A stretch of 58,932 bases of DNA from an uncultured bacterium (GTDB lineage Bacteria > UBP7 > UBA6624): assembly GCA_964012435.1 (NCBI GenBank), contig CAXGSM010000008.1:1-58932 (forward strand). The letters run 5' to 3'. Positions 26,935 through 36,475 of this stretch are shown here, in pieces. The first letter of the stretch is position 1; each line of letters opens with the position of its first letter. The notes below the pieces were generated by a model. The model ran no database searches. It was not told where the DNA came from and worked only from the letters and a program-made list of their open reading frames with translations. Made by a program: the position numbers and the translations under genes.

Positions 26935-28130
26935 ATTGGAATCATAATGTTATAGATGTTTTTACATCGTTAGAACAAACTGGTGATGTTTTTTATCTTG
27001 ATGACGTGACTAATCATGGTTGGAGTTACATTATTCTTTTGGAAGATCCTTTAAGTAGTGATCCATGGGAATTAATGGATACCAATGAATCAAAACAAAA
27101 AAAACCAGGACCCATGCCTTTTACAGGGGGTTTAGTCGGTTGGCTTTCTTATGGTGTAAATAAAGGTAAAAATTGGAATAACCCAAAAAAACACTCATCC
27201 CAACCATTGTTTTCTTTTTTTGATGCTCGTTACATCTTGTGTTTTCACAAAGATTACGGATGGTGGACCAATGCAATTTCGAGATTTAAGGATTTAAAGG
27301 TTGAAAAAAAATCAAAAAATATACCGAATGGGAACATGTATTCAACAATTAGTTTTGATGAGTACGCCAGTGAGATTAATCTGATAAAAAAAATGATCAT
27401 GAAGGGTGAGATGTATGAAGCAAACTTCACTTTTAAATTAAAAGGAGAAATAGAGGATAGTTTGAATTTGTATTTGCAATTTAGAGAAAAATGCAAAACA
27501 AGTTTGTGTTGTTTTGCAAAAAGTCAGGATTTAATTATTGGTTCTGGTTCACCAGAATTATTTTTATCTTGCTCTGATGGAGTTTATCTTTCTGAACCAA
27601 TGAAAGGTACTGCTAGTCATTGTGATATTGATTTAACCAAAGATAAAAAAGAAAGAAGTGAATTAGCCATTGTTGTAGATTTGGTGAGAAATGATTTTTA
27701 TAAATGCTGTAATTTTGAAAGTGTAAATGTTTCTGATGCATCCCTAGTTAAGGAATATCCAACACTTAAACAGGCGGTTGCAAGAGTATCTGGAGTTAAA
27801 CGTAAAGATGTGAAAAAATGGGAAATGATTAAGTCGCTATTACCTTCAGGCTCTATTAGCGGTGCCCCAAGATCACGAGTTATCCCTCATCTTGATTTAG
27901 CCGAAAAAAATCCTAGAGGAATTTATTGTGGTGCAATGGGTTGGTGGGCTTATGGCGGTGATTTTAAACTTTCACTGCCTATTAGAACCTTTGTTGCTCG
28001 TGATAAAAATCTTGAATATAGCGTTGGAAGCGGGATAACCTGGCGTAGCGATCCAGAAAAAGAATGGCAAGAATGCAAAATAAAAGCTAACTGCCTAAAC
28101 GAATCTTTCAAAGGTGCAATTGCATGGTAA
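26922..28130 (+). CDS. pabB: aminodeoxychorismate synthase component I (PabB/TrpE family)
   Basis: PFTGGLVGWLSY, SPELF, PMKGT, VDLVRND, GSISGAP, RGIYCG, PIRT; followed by a PabC-like gene. Confidence 0.85.
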   Translation: MQSLDWNHNVIDVFTSLEQTGDVFYLDDVTNHGWSYIILLEDPLSSDPWELMDTNESKQKKPGPMPFTGGLVGWLSYGVNKGKNWNNPKKHSSQPLFSFFDARYILCFHKDYGWWTNAISRFKDLKVEKKSKNIPNGNMYSTISFDEYASEINLIKKMIMKGEMYEANFTFKLKGEIEDSLNLYLQFREKCKTSLCCFAKSQDLIIGSGSPELFLSCSDGVYLSEPMKGTASHCDIDLTKDKKERSELAIVVDLVRNDFYKCCNFESVNVSDASLVKEYPTLKQAVARVSGVKRKDVKKWEMIKSLLPSGSISGAPRSRVIPHLDLAEKNPRGIYCGAMGWWAYGGDFKLSLPIRTFVARDKNLEYSVGSGITWRSDPEKEWQECKIKANCLNESFKGAIAW

Positions 28131-28834
28131 ATTCTTTTGTTTGGTCTGGTAAAAATTGGAAAAAAGGTGATTTTGATTTTTTGTCACTGTCGAATAGAGA
28201 AGGCGTATATGAGACTTTTTTAATAAGGGATGGAGTAATTCAGAATAAAAATTTACATTTTGAAAGGTTTATTGCTGGATGCAGGTTTTTGAATTTGCCA
28301 GAATTCTTAGGTCCTGATATACCTAAAAATCTGAATGGAGAATGGACTTTAAGATGGGCTAGATGGCACGGTTGTCCTGCCGGAAACATTGCTCATTTAT
28401 GGAAAGGTACACTTCAACCAAAAAAAAATCAAATAAATGTTGGATTGGTTTCAGTTAAAAGTGTTCCTGAAGTTCCAGAATTAAAAGTGAAGCATCTTGG
28501 TTTGCTCAAGCGAGTTAAGTTAAAACAGAGTTTGAAAAAAGAATATGGTTGGGATGATTACCTTGTTGTCGATCAAGATAAGATTTTAGAAGGAAGTAAT
28601 TGGGGTTTTATGATTTTAATGAATGGAAAATGGATCATTCCGCATTTTAGAAAAGGTTTACTACAAAGCACAACCTTAACAAAAATTTTAAGCGAAGGTA
28701 AATTTAAAGGTGTTAATGTGATTCAGGATGATGTAAATTTGTCTGATTTAAAAAAAGCCAATTCTTTAAAGGGTCCATCGTCTTCAGGTTTTAGAAATTT
28801 GAATATAGTTTCAGATAAGGTTATTGATTTTTAA
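28124..28834 (+). CDS. pabC: class IV aminotransferase, probable aminodeoxychorismate lyase
   Basis: GVYET, HFERF, KVKHL, ILEGSNW, LLQSTT; adjacent to pabB. Confidence 0.72.
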   Translation: MVNSFVWSGKNWKKGDFDFLSLSNREGVYETFLIRDGVIQNKNLHFERFIAGCRFLNLPEFLGPDIPKNLNGEWTLRWARWHGCPAGNIAHLWKGTLQPKKNQINVGLVSVKSVPEVPELKVKHLGLLKRVKLKQSLKKEYGWDDYLVVDQDKILEGSNWGFMILMNGKWIIPHFRKGLLQSTTLTKILSEGKFKGVNVIQDDVNLSDLKKANSLKGPSSSGFRNLNIVSDKVIDF

Positions 28835-28835
28835 T

Positions 28836-29777
28836 TTAATCAACAGTTCTTTTGAATTCTTTGCCATCTATAAGGTCATAAAAAGCACCTTCGTTTGTTA
28901 ATATCAGAGATAAATTTTGACCAGTCATGTTTTCATATATTGCTAAAAGCTTCCAGAATCTATAGAATTCAGGACTTTTCTCGTAAGCATCAGCATAAAT
29001 TTGTGTTGCTGAAGCATCAGCTTCACCTTTAATCTGTTCAGCAGTACTGTACGCTTCAGACTGTATTGAAAGTAATTCTTTTTCCATATCACCCATTATT
29101 TTTGCAGCTTCACCTTGACCTTCAGATTTGAATTTTTCAGCAATTCTTTCTCTTTCGGAAATCATTCTTGAAAAAACCGTTTTTTGTACTGATTCAACAT
29201 AATTTAAATGTTTGATTCTTATATCTATTAATTCGATTCCGAATGACAAGACGCTGGATTTTGATTGTTCTAGTATTAAATTCTCTAAACCATCTCTGCC
29301 TAGCTTCAAATCAATTAAAAATTCTGGAGCAACCTGAACATCTTCTCCTAGGTTTTCTGTAGCGATTTCACTTCTATCAGTTGACCTAACTGTTTCTATT
29401 AAGTCATAACCTGTAATAACATTCCTGACAACAGAATCCAATATGTCATCTAATCTTGACTGCGCTCCTCTTTCGTCAACAACAGATTGAAAAAATAAAA
29501 GAGGATCTGTTATCCTCCATCTTGCCACCGTGTCAACAAAAATGAATGTTTTATCTAATGTTGGAACTTGTTCAGGGAATCCATCCCATTCAAGAATTTG
29601 ATCGCTAAATCTATTTGCTTTCTGGATGAAAGGTATCTTGAAATACAAGCCAGGTTCTGAAGTTGTGTCCCCAACAGGCTCTCCAAACTGTGTGATAATA
29701 ACCTGCTCTGTTTCGTCAACTACATATACAGAAGAAAGGCCTATAGCAAAAAAGATAATCAACCAAAGTTTTTTCAT
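28836..29777 (-). CDS. hflC: FtsH protease modulator HflC
   Basis: VDETEQVIITQFGEP, PGLYFKIPF, RMISERERIA, YADAY..SPEFYRF. Confidence 0.95.
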   Translation of the reverse strand: MKKLWLIIFFAIGLSSVYVVDETEQVIITQFGEPVGDTTSEPGLYFKIPFIQKANRFSDQILEWDGFPEQVPTLDKTFIFVDTVARWRITDPLLFFQSVVDERGAQSRLDDILDSVVRNVITGYDLIETVRSTDRSEIATENLGEDVQVAPEFLIDLKLGRDGLENLILEQSKSSVLSFGIELIDIRIKHLNYVESVQKTVFSRMISERERIAEKFKSEGQGEAAKIMGDMEKELLSIQSEAYSTAEQIKGEADASATQIYADAYEKSPEFYRFWKLLAIYENMTGQNLSLILTNEGAFYDLIDGKEFKRTVD

Positions 29778-30769
29778 TGTTTTTCTTCTCCAAGGTTTAA
29801 GAATGGAAGAACTCCATTTAGATCTCCATCAATTACTATAATTTTAGATATCTTTGTGATGAGTTCCTCCATTGCTTCTAGATAAAGTCTTATCTCTGTA
29901 ACTTCTTTTGCTTTTTCCCACGCTTCTCTAACCTGATCAAATCTTGAAGCATCACCTCTCGCTTCATTAACTCTTTTTGTTGCGTAACCTTCAGCCTCTG
30001 CGATTAATTTAGCTGCTTGACCTCTAGCTAACGGAACTCTTTGGTTGTATTCTTGCCTTGCTTGATTTATTGTTGTCTCTTTTTGCTGTATTGCTTCATT
30101 AACCTCATTGAATGCATCTTTAACTGATGGGGGAGGGTTAACGTCTTGAAGTTGTATCAAGTCAATTGATATTCCAGAATCGTAAAGATCCATGAAGTTT
30201 TGAAGACTTTCTTTAACTTCAATTTGTATTTCATCCCTGCCGCTAGTTAGTACTTCGTCAACCAATCTATCACCTATTGCTTTCCTCATTGAAACTTCAG
30301 ACAGGTCTCTAAGCGTTTCTTTGGGGTTTCTAACATTGAAAAGGTATTTTTTTGGATCTGATATGCGATATTGAACAACCCATTGAACATCAGCTACATT
30401 TAAATCACCAGTTAACATAATCCTTACTTGATCAAAGCCTTTATTGTTGTATTCACTTCTCACTCCAGATTTAACTGTTCTAAATCCAAACTCTTCTTTA
30501 AGCTGCTCTCTTGTTGGAACAAGCACAACTGTCTCTAGTGGTGCTGGTAATTTGAAATTCAAACCAGGATTTGCTGTTCTTGAGAATTTTCCAAATTGTC
30601 TAACAACACCTGTCTCTTGTGGGCTAACCTGATATATGGTTGTTGAGATTGCCCAGAAGACAATAACCCATGTGAAAAAAACTTTAAGCCATCTTTCAGC
30701 TTTCTCTTTTACTGGCCCCATATTTATTCCAGAGTCATTAAACATGTCTTCAATTTCTATTTTTGCCAT
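29774..30769 (-). CDS. hflK: FtsH protease modulator HflK
   Basis: MLTGDLNVADVQWVVQYRI, DVNPPPSVKDAFNEV, VPLARGQA, RLYLEAME. Confidence 0.95.
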   Translation of the reverse strand: MAKIEIEDMFNDSGINMGPVKEKAERWLKVFFTWVIVFWAISTTIYQVSPQETGVVRQFGKFSRTANPGLNFKLPAPLETVVLVPTREQLKEEFGFRTVKSGVRSEYNNKGFDQVRIMLTGDLNVADVQWVVQYRISDPKKYLFNVRNPKETLRDLSEVSMRKAIGDRLVDEVLTSGRDEIQIEVKESLQNFMDLYDSGISIDLIQLQDVNPPPSVKDAFNEVNEAIQQKETTINQARQEYNQRVPLARGQAAKLIAEAEGYATKRVNEARGDASRFDQVREAWEKAKEVTEIRLYLEAMEELITKISKIIVIDGDLNGVLPFLNLGEEKQ

Positions 30770-30781
30770 ATCGTAAATTCC

Positions 30782-30790
30782 ATTATAACA
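30782..30790 (-). promoter_or_regulatory. extended -10 promoter of hflKC
   Basis: TGnTATAAT 12 nt upstream of the hflK ATG. Confidence 0.65.
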
Positions 30791-30965
30791 CTTTGAAATT
30801 CAAGAAGATAAGTCTTTTCCTTGTATGGTTTTTATGATTCTTCATGACTTCTTCGCGCATAATGCGTAACATGCGTTCAACAGCATGTGAACAAAGGGGG
30901 GAGATTATAGAGGGGGGTATTAATTTGAAATTGGGTGGATGGTTTGGAAGGAGGGAAGAAGGGTT

Positions 30966-32114
30966 TTACAGAACCGGAATTGCAAAAGGTGATTTTTTAT
31001 TTGTTTCAGGCATAGGGTACTCAACCCCATCAGAAAAAGTTCTCAATATGTCGTAATAAGTATTTCGTTGAGCTGGCATCCTGCCTAAATCCCTAATTAA
31101 CCTAATGGCTTCATTTGGATCAACTCGATAATGAACTCCTGTTGCGGCAATAACCTCTTCGCCAATTACAACTCCACCAAAATCATCAGCTCCATAATTC
31201 ATTGCCATTTGGCATAATTTTGGACCATCTGTAACCCATCCAGCTTGAAGGTGAGGTATGTTGTCTAACATTAACCTGCCTAAGGCAACATGTCGTAAAT
31301 AGGCTTCTCCACCTGGTGCTTTTAGATGCGTGAGCTCAGTGCCTCCTGGTTGGAATCCCCAACATACAAAAGCTGTAAATCCATTTGTTTCATCTTGTAG
31401 CTTTCTAAGGACATTGAAGTGCTCCATTTTCTCCATGGCGCTTTCGCCAAAACCGTAAGTCATTGTGCAGCTGGACGGAAGCCCTTCCTCATGAGCTGAT
31501 TTGTGTATATCCAACCAAACATCACGACTGCTTCTAAGTGGAGATATTTCTTTTCTCACTCTGTCAACCAGTATCTCTGCTCCAGCTCCCGGTAAAGACA
31601 TGTATCCAGATTCTTTTAGTTCTGAAAAAACTTTATTGAAACTCAATTTATCTTTTTTGGCAATCCATTCTATTTCTGCCGATGAAAGGCTGTGTATTTC
31701 AACACTAGGAAATTTATCTCGTATTGTTTCAAAAATATTTTTAAAATCTTTTAACCTATATCTTGGGTTAACCCCACCTTGCATTAGCAATTGGGTTCCT
31801 CCATAATCAACTAATTCCTGGACTCTTTCCAATATTTGTTCAATACTTAAGTCATAACCTTTTTTTGATTTTGGCAATTCATAAAAAGCACAAAATTTAC
31901 AGAGAACATTACAAATATTTGAATAATTTAAAATTGTATCTACAACAAACGTACCTATGTTTCTTGGGTTATGTCTCAATCTTGCTTTGTTTGCAAGAAA
32001 CCCTAAAAGGTTTAATGGTGCTTTCTCAAACAGTTCACAACCATGTTCTAATGTTAGTCTTTCATTGTTTTCAAATGTGTTTACAGCTTCCTTTATCAAT
32101 GGTGTTATTTTCAT
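30966..32114 (-). CDS. mqnC: cyclic dehypoxanthinyl futalosine synthase (radical SAM)
   Basis: NYSNICNVLCKFCAF, TQLLMQGG, PGAGAEIL, HLQAGWVT, GADDFG, PAQRNTYY; coupled to mqnA. Confidence 0.88.
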   Translation of the reverse strand: MKITPLIKEAVNTFENNERLTLEHGCELFEKAPLNLLGFLANKARLRHNPRNIGTFVVDTILNYSNICNVLCKFCAFYELPKSKKGYDLSIEQILERVQELVDYGGTQLLMQGGVNPRYRLKDFKNIFETIRDKFPSVEIHSLSSAEIEWIAKKDKLSFNKVFSELKESGYMSLPGAGAEILVDRVRKEISPLRSSRDVWLDIHKSAHEEGLPSSCTMTYGFGESAMEKMEHFNVLRKLQDETNGFTAFVCWGFQPGGTELTHLKAPGGEAYLRHVALGRLMLDNIPHLQAGWVTDGPKLCQMAMNYGADDFGGVVIGEEVIAATGVHYRVDPNEAIRLIRDLGRMPAQRNTYYDILRTFSDGVEYPMPETNKKSPFAIPVL

Positions 32115-32893
32115 TTTTTATTATCGTATCTTTCTTTTGAAATTATAGGTCTTGTTAATTCTTTAAATATATTCCAACCTTGAAGAATTTTTTTTTCTAA
32201 TTTAACTTCATAACATTCAAGATATTGCTTTGCTGTTTTTTTGTTTACTCCTGATGAAATCATTATCGATTCTTTGATTTTGTCAATATTTTTTTTGCCC
32301 CAGCTATATGAAGAAGATAGTTTTTTATCGATTTCATTTTTGTATTCTTCTGCCTTTGATCCTCTTTTGACACACCAGAAAGCATAAGGTATTGATGTTC
32401 CAGTCATTTCATGCCACACTAAACCTAAATCTTCAAAAAAAGCATATTTGCCATTTTGGTACCATCTTAAAGCTTTATCGCCTATGCAAAGAACTGCTTC
32501 TGAGGATCTTGGATCATCCGCATGTATTAATTTTGGATAATGTTTAAATTTTTCCTTCCATATTGCTTTCAGTAACAATGGGCTTGTTACCCCGCTTGAT
32601 AAATCTCTAATTCTGCATTCTTTTAGCTCCTTCCATGGACGATCGCTAAAAATTCCTACACTCATGACCGGCCCTGAAGAGGATATGCCCCATGATCTTA
32701 AGGGTATTGCTTTTGAGTTTGATATTATCGCTCCAGCAGACAGCAAACCTGTTTCAAATTTTTCTTTTTTCCAGTCCTTTTCAACTTCAACAGGTCTTTT
32801 TATGAAAAATTCAAAATCATGTTCAATTTTATTTCTCTCTAATGCTAGTGTCAAAGGGTATCTGTTTCCAAATCCAATAAGGCTTGTCTTCAT
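32111..32893 (-). CDS. mqnA: chorismate dehydratase (MqnA/MqnD-like family)
   Basis: GISSSGPVMSV, IGDKAL, DLGLVWHEMTGTSIPYAFW. Confidence 0.82.
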   Translation of the reverse strand: MKTSLIGFGNRYPLTLALERNKIEHDFEFFIKRPVEVEKDWKKEKFETGLLSAGAIISNSKAIPLRSWGISSSGPVMSVGIFSDRPWKELKECRIRDLSSGVTSPLLLKAIWKEKFKHYPKLIHADDPRSSEAVLCIGDKALRWYQNGKYAFFEDLGLVWHEMTGTSIPYAFWCVKRGSKAEEYKNEIDKKLSSSYSWGKKNIDKIKESIMISSGVNKKTAKQYLECYEVKLEKKILQGWNIFKELTRPIISKERYDNKK

Positions 32894-32899
32894 GCTTTG

Positions 32900-32905
32900 A
32901 TTATA
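32900..32905 (-). promoter_or_regulatory. -10 element (TATAAT) 6 nt before the mqnA ATG, leaderless-type start
   Basis: Minus strand reads TATAAT-caaagc-ATG. Confidence 0.6.
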
Positions 32906-32928
32906 TTTTTTCTATGTCTAGAATATAA

Positions 32929-33588
32929 GTGAAGATGAAAAGAAAAGAGGCTGTTTTTTTAAAAATGAAAGCTTCTAGCGGTTGTTTGCATTCACAAGTT
33001 GAGCTAGGCAGAGCTTTTTTGTTTGGTGAGGGCTTTTCTCAAAGTTTTAAAGATGCTGAATTTTGGTTAAGAAGGTCACACGAAGAGGGCAGCTTGGAAG
33101 GAGCTTATCAATTGGCAATGTTTTTAAAAAGGTCAATAGATGATGAAAAGAAAAATAATGAAGCTTTTCAGATTCTTTATCATGCTGCTAGCTTAGGCCA
33201 TGTTAAAAGTCAGAGAAGGTTGGCAAGGTGTTTTTTGAACGGTTCTGGAACAGAAGAAAATCAAGCTGAAGCTGCTTGGTGGTTTTTTGTTTCAGGTCTT
33301 TTGGGTGATCGTGATTCAAGGTTTATGTTAGGCAGAATGTTTGAGCTTGGGCAAGGTGTTAATCCTGATTCAGATGAATCTGTTTATTGGTATGAGCTTG
33401 CTGCTGAGAATGGAGATATTGATGCTCAGTTCCTTCTTGCAAAAATTTTATTTAACAAAGGTTTTATCGAAGATTCTGAAAGATGGTTTAAATCGGCAAG
33501 AAGAGCTGGAGACAAAGAGGCCGTTAAGGAGTTGAAAAAAATAAAAGAAATAAAGGAGAGTGAAATTGATGAAAATTACAAATACTGA
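32929..33588 (+). CDS. Sel1-like repeat protein
   Basis: Repeats such as SQVELGRAFLFGEG...AEFW, LGRMFELGQGV...YWYELAAENGDIDAQFLL; start may be ATG 32935. Confidence 0.9.
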   Translation: MKMKRKEAVFLKMKASSGCLHSQVELGRAFLFGEGFSQSFKDAEFWLRRSHEEGSLEGAYQLAMFLKRSIDDEKKNNEAFQILYHAASLGHVKSQRRLARCFLNGSGTEENQAEAAWWFFVSGLLGDRDSRFMLGRMFELGQGVNPDSDESVYWYELAAENGDIDAQFLLAKILFNKGFIEDSERWFKSARRAGDKEAVKELKKIKEIKESEIDENYKY

Positions 33589-33892
33589 AGAAGTTCCTGG
33601 ATACAAGGTTATTGAGATTGTTGGGTTAGTTGAAGGTTCAACAGTCAGAGCTAAGCATATAGGAAAAGACATAATGGCAGGGCTTAAGGGTATTACTGGC
33701 GGAGAGATGAAAGAATATACCGAGCTCTTAAATGAATCAAGACAGGAAGCAGTGAAAAGAATGTCATTGAGAGCTGAGGCATTAGGCGCAAATGCCATAC
33801 TTAATGTAAGATTTTCAACATCGAGCGTTGCCCAAGGGGCTGCTGAATTATTTGCATATGGTAGTGCCGCAATCGTGGAGAAGAATAGTTAG
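33569..33892 (+). CDS. YbjQ/UPF0145 family protein
   Basis: GSTVRAKHIGKDIMAGLK, GGEMKEYTELL..SRQEA, GANAI, AYGSA; AGGAG SD. Confidence 0.93.
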   Translation: MKITNTEEVPGYKVIEIVGLVEGSTVRAKHIGKDIMAGLKGITGGEMKEYTELLNESRQEAVKRMSLRAEALGANAILNVRFSTSSVAQGAAELFAYGSAAIVEKNS

Positions 33893-33896
33893 AGAG

Positions 33897-34355
33897 ATGT
33901 GGGAGATTATTGGTCAATTTATATGGTTAATTTTCTGTTTTATTTTTTGGCTGGCAGCAAAGGTTAAAGAGGAAAAATATTTAAAATCATTAAGAGAAGA
34001 GGAACCTGAATATTCAGATGTACAAATTTTAAGCACAGTCGATTCAGCTAGATCTTTAGAAGCTAAAGATTGTTGTTTGTGTTCAACTCAAATTGTGTTA
34101 GCGATAGATCCAGGAAAACAATTCATTGCTTATGTTTTAGGTATGGTTGGCGGGAAGATTGATGTTTATCAGAAGGTTTTGCATATGGCAAGACGTAAGG
34201 CAAAATTAAATTTAAAAAAACAGGCAAGAGAAAATAATTCAAAATTGATTATGAATTACAGGATGGAAACATCAAATATTTTTGCAAATAGTGGCAGTGA
34301 GGGTCAAAGTAGCGCCGTTGAGGTTTTTGCATATGGAACCATTGTCAAGGGTTGA
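33897..34355 (+). CDS. membrane-anchored YbjQ-like protein
   Basis: N-terminal TM, then GGKIDVY...ARRKA...NYRMETS...VEVFAYGT. Confidence 0.85.
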   Translation: MWEIIGQFIWLIFCFIFWLAAKVKEEKYLKSLREEEPEYSDVQILSTVDSARSLEAKDCCLCSTQIVLAIDPGKQFIAYVLGMVGGKIDVYQKVLHMARRKAKLNLKKQARENNSKLIMNYRMETSNIFANSGSEGQSSAVEVFAYGTIVKG

Positions 34356-34373
34356 AAGATATACAATGACCAA

Positions 34374-34925
34374 ATGAATTTTTTTGCAATTATGATGTTT
34401 GCGATGGCTTTGGATTCAAAGATAAAAGAACCTGATTACACCATTTTGCAAAAAGAAAAAAATATAGAAATCAGAGAGTATTCTGAATATGTAATTGCCA
34501 GAACGTCTGTAATCAAAGACGAAGACAAGAGCGATAATGGAATGTTTATGATTCTTGCCAATTACATTTTTGGCGGAAACAAAAAGAAAGAGAGTATCGC
34601 TATGACTGCTCCAGTTATAACAAAAGAAAATGATGAATCCTACGACATGGTTTTCTTTATGCTTGATGTTGATGAGGTTGATGAATTGCCGAATCCAGAT
34701 AGCAAAAATGTCCATTTGGAAAGAATGAACTTAGGTAAAACTGTTGCTATAAGGTTTGGATGGTGGGCAACAAGATGGAACATCAAAAGGAATAGGGGAA
34801 TTTTAGAGCGTTATATTGAGGAAAATGATTTAGAGGTTGTTTCTGAGATGATGGTTGCTCAATATAATTCACCTTGGGATTGGCCATTCCTTAGGAGAAA
34901 TGACGTTATTTTTCAAATTAAATAA
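34374..34925 (+). CDS. SOUL heme-binding family protein
   Basis: EPDY, EIREY, FMILANYIFGGN, IAMTAPV, LPNP, QYNSPW...RRND. Confidence 0.92.
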   Translation: MNFFAIMMFAMALDSKIKEPDYTILQKEKNIEIREYSEYVIARTSVIKDEDKSDNGMFMILANYIFGGNKKKESIAMTAPVITKENDESYDMVFFMLDVDEVDELPNPDSKNVHLERMNLGKTVAIRFGWWATRWNIKRNRGILERYIEENDLEVVSEMMVAQYNSPWDWPFLRRNDVIFQIK

Positions 34926-34940
34926 GATCGAAATTGATAC

Positions 34941-35561
34941 ATGAATAAAGAAAAAGAAAGCGCAGTTGACTTTTTTGGAAAATGGGCTGAAACAGGAAAA
35001 GACGAAGGTATGGAAGAACACCATTCTGATTCTGTTAAATTCATGTTGGATCAAGTTTTGAATCAAACAAGTGCTAAATTTAACTTTATAGATGCTGGTT
35101 GTGGCAATGGATGGGTTGTTCGAAAAGTTAAATCACATCCTTTATGCAAGCATGCTTCAGGGATAGATGGAGCAGTTCAGATGATAAATAAAGCAAAATC
35201 TCTTGATCCTGCAGGTAGTTACTTCCATAATGATTTGATTCAGTGGCATCCAGATTGTAAATATGATTTTGTTCACTCTATGGAGGTTTTTTATTACTTC
35301 AAAGATCCTTTTGTGCTTCTAAAAAAAATATACAAAGATTGGCTTTCCGAAAAAGGAAAGCTTATATTTGGAATTGATCATTATCTTGAAAATAAATCAT
35401 CTTTGGGTTGGCCTCAAAAATGTGGTGTCTTCATGAATACGTTGCCAATAAATAAATGGCATGATTTGATTTCGGAAGCAGGATTTAAAAACATCAGAAA
35501 TTGGCAGGTTCAAAAAAAGAAAGATTGGCTTGGGACATTAGTCTTTTATGCAGAAAAATAG
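34941..35561 (+). CDS. class I SAM-dependent methyltransferase
   Basis: FIDAGCGNGWVVR, SMEVFYY. Confidence 0.9.
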   Translation: MNKEKESAVDFFGKWAETGKDEGMEEHHSDSVKFMLDQVLNQTSAKFNFIDAGCGNGWVVRKVKSHPLCKHASGIDGAVQMINKAKSLDPAGSYFHNDLIQWHPDCKYDFVHSMEVFYYFKDPFVLLKKIYKDWLSEKGKLIFGIDHYLENKSSLGWPQKCGVFMNTLPINKWHDLISEAGFKNIRNWQVQKKKDWLGTLVFYAEK

Positions 35562-35579
35562 TTGGACTTTAATTAATAA

Positions 35580-36410
35580 TTATTTTCTTTGAACCATCCA
35601 AACACCAAAAAGAACAACCGGTAAAGCCATCCAAAATCCCTCTTGAGGAACCTGTTTGTAAATGGTCATTGCAACCAATGTTGTTGTTGGCGGTTGCAGG
35701 TTGATAAACACTGCAACTTGACTTGGTTTTAAAAATTGGAGAGCTGTAGCCCATATTGAATAAGCAACTATGCTTGTTAGAAATGCAATATGGAATAGGC
35801 CGTACCATGCAAAAGGTGTAATTTCAGAAAAATTGGGCTTCTCTCCAATCAAGAATATCCCAACAGCAATAGGTAAACCTATCAGAAAGGATCTTGAAAC
35901 AGCTTCTTTTGCACCTATGGATTTTGATATTGGAGGTATAAGGGATGTATATATTGCCCAACATACCACACCAAAAAGTATTGTTTTCTCTCCGTTCCCA
36001 AAAGCAGAAAGGCCACTATTTCCAAGAATCCAATATGTTCCTGCAAATGCTAACAAGAGTCCAAAAATGCGAGAAAAAATAACTTTCTCCTCTTTAAGTA
36101 TTATTGAAATAATCAAAACGAAAACAGGTGTTGTTGCATAAAGAATGGAAGCATGTGCTGGAGGTGTCCCCATGGACATCCCTTGTAAAAAAAAAGCTTG
36201 ATTTAATACAATTAAAATACCGCAAAATATCATTCTTGGCATAAGTTTTTTTGGAATTATAGAAAAACCATTTTTATAAATTCCTATTAGCGAAAATATC
36301 AAAACTGTAAGAGCGATTCTTAATCCAACTAATGCCGAACCGCCAAAAGCCTCACTTGATGCTTTTGATACATTGTATGTAAGTGCAGTAATTGCTAAAT
36401 GTAAAAGCAA
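35580..36410 (-). CDS. DMT/EamA family transporter
   Basis: About 10 hydrophobic segments with a duplicated EamA pattern (ASILYATTPVFV...KEEK; VAVFINLQP). The frame stays open upstream, so the start is uncertain. Confidence 0.9.
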   Translation of the reverse strand: MLLHLAITALTYNVSKASSEAFGGSALVGLRIALTVLIFSLIGIYKNGFSIIPKKLMPRMIFCGILIVLNQAFFLQGMSMGTPPAHASILYATTPVFVLIISIILKEEKVIFSRIFGLLLAFAGTYWILGNSGLSAFGNGEKTILFGVVCWAIYTSLIPPISKSIGAKEAVSRSFLIGLPIAVGIFLIGEKPNFSEITPFAWYGLFHIAFLTSIVAYSIWATALQFLKPSQVAVFINLQPPTTTLVAMTIYKQVPQEGFWMALPVVLFGVWMVQRK

Positions 36411-36475
36411 AAGCAGGACAACTTTGCGCTTTGGAATTTCTTTGATTATTGTTTTGATTTTGAGATTGCCTTCTT

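Noticed and set aside
30852..30879. dif-like site (TTCGCGCATAA-TGCGTA-ACATGCGTTCA)
   Set aside because: The left arm resembles the XerC arm, but the normally better conserved XerD arm (TTATGTTAAAT) matches poorly, and I see no switch in strand compositional bias across this point.
30844..31056. 70-aa plus-strand ORF in the hflK-mqnC gap
   Set aside because: Overlaps mqnC antisense by about 90 bp and has no recognisable motif. Not listed as a CDS, though a TATGAT upstream means it is not fully excluded.
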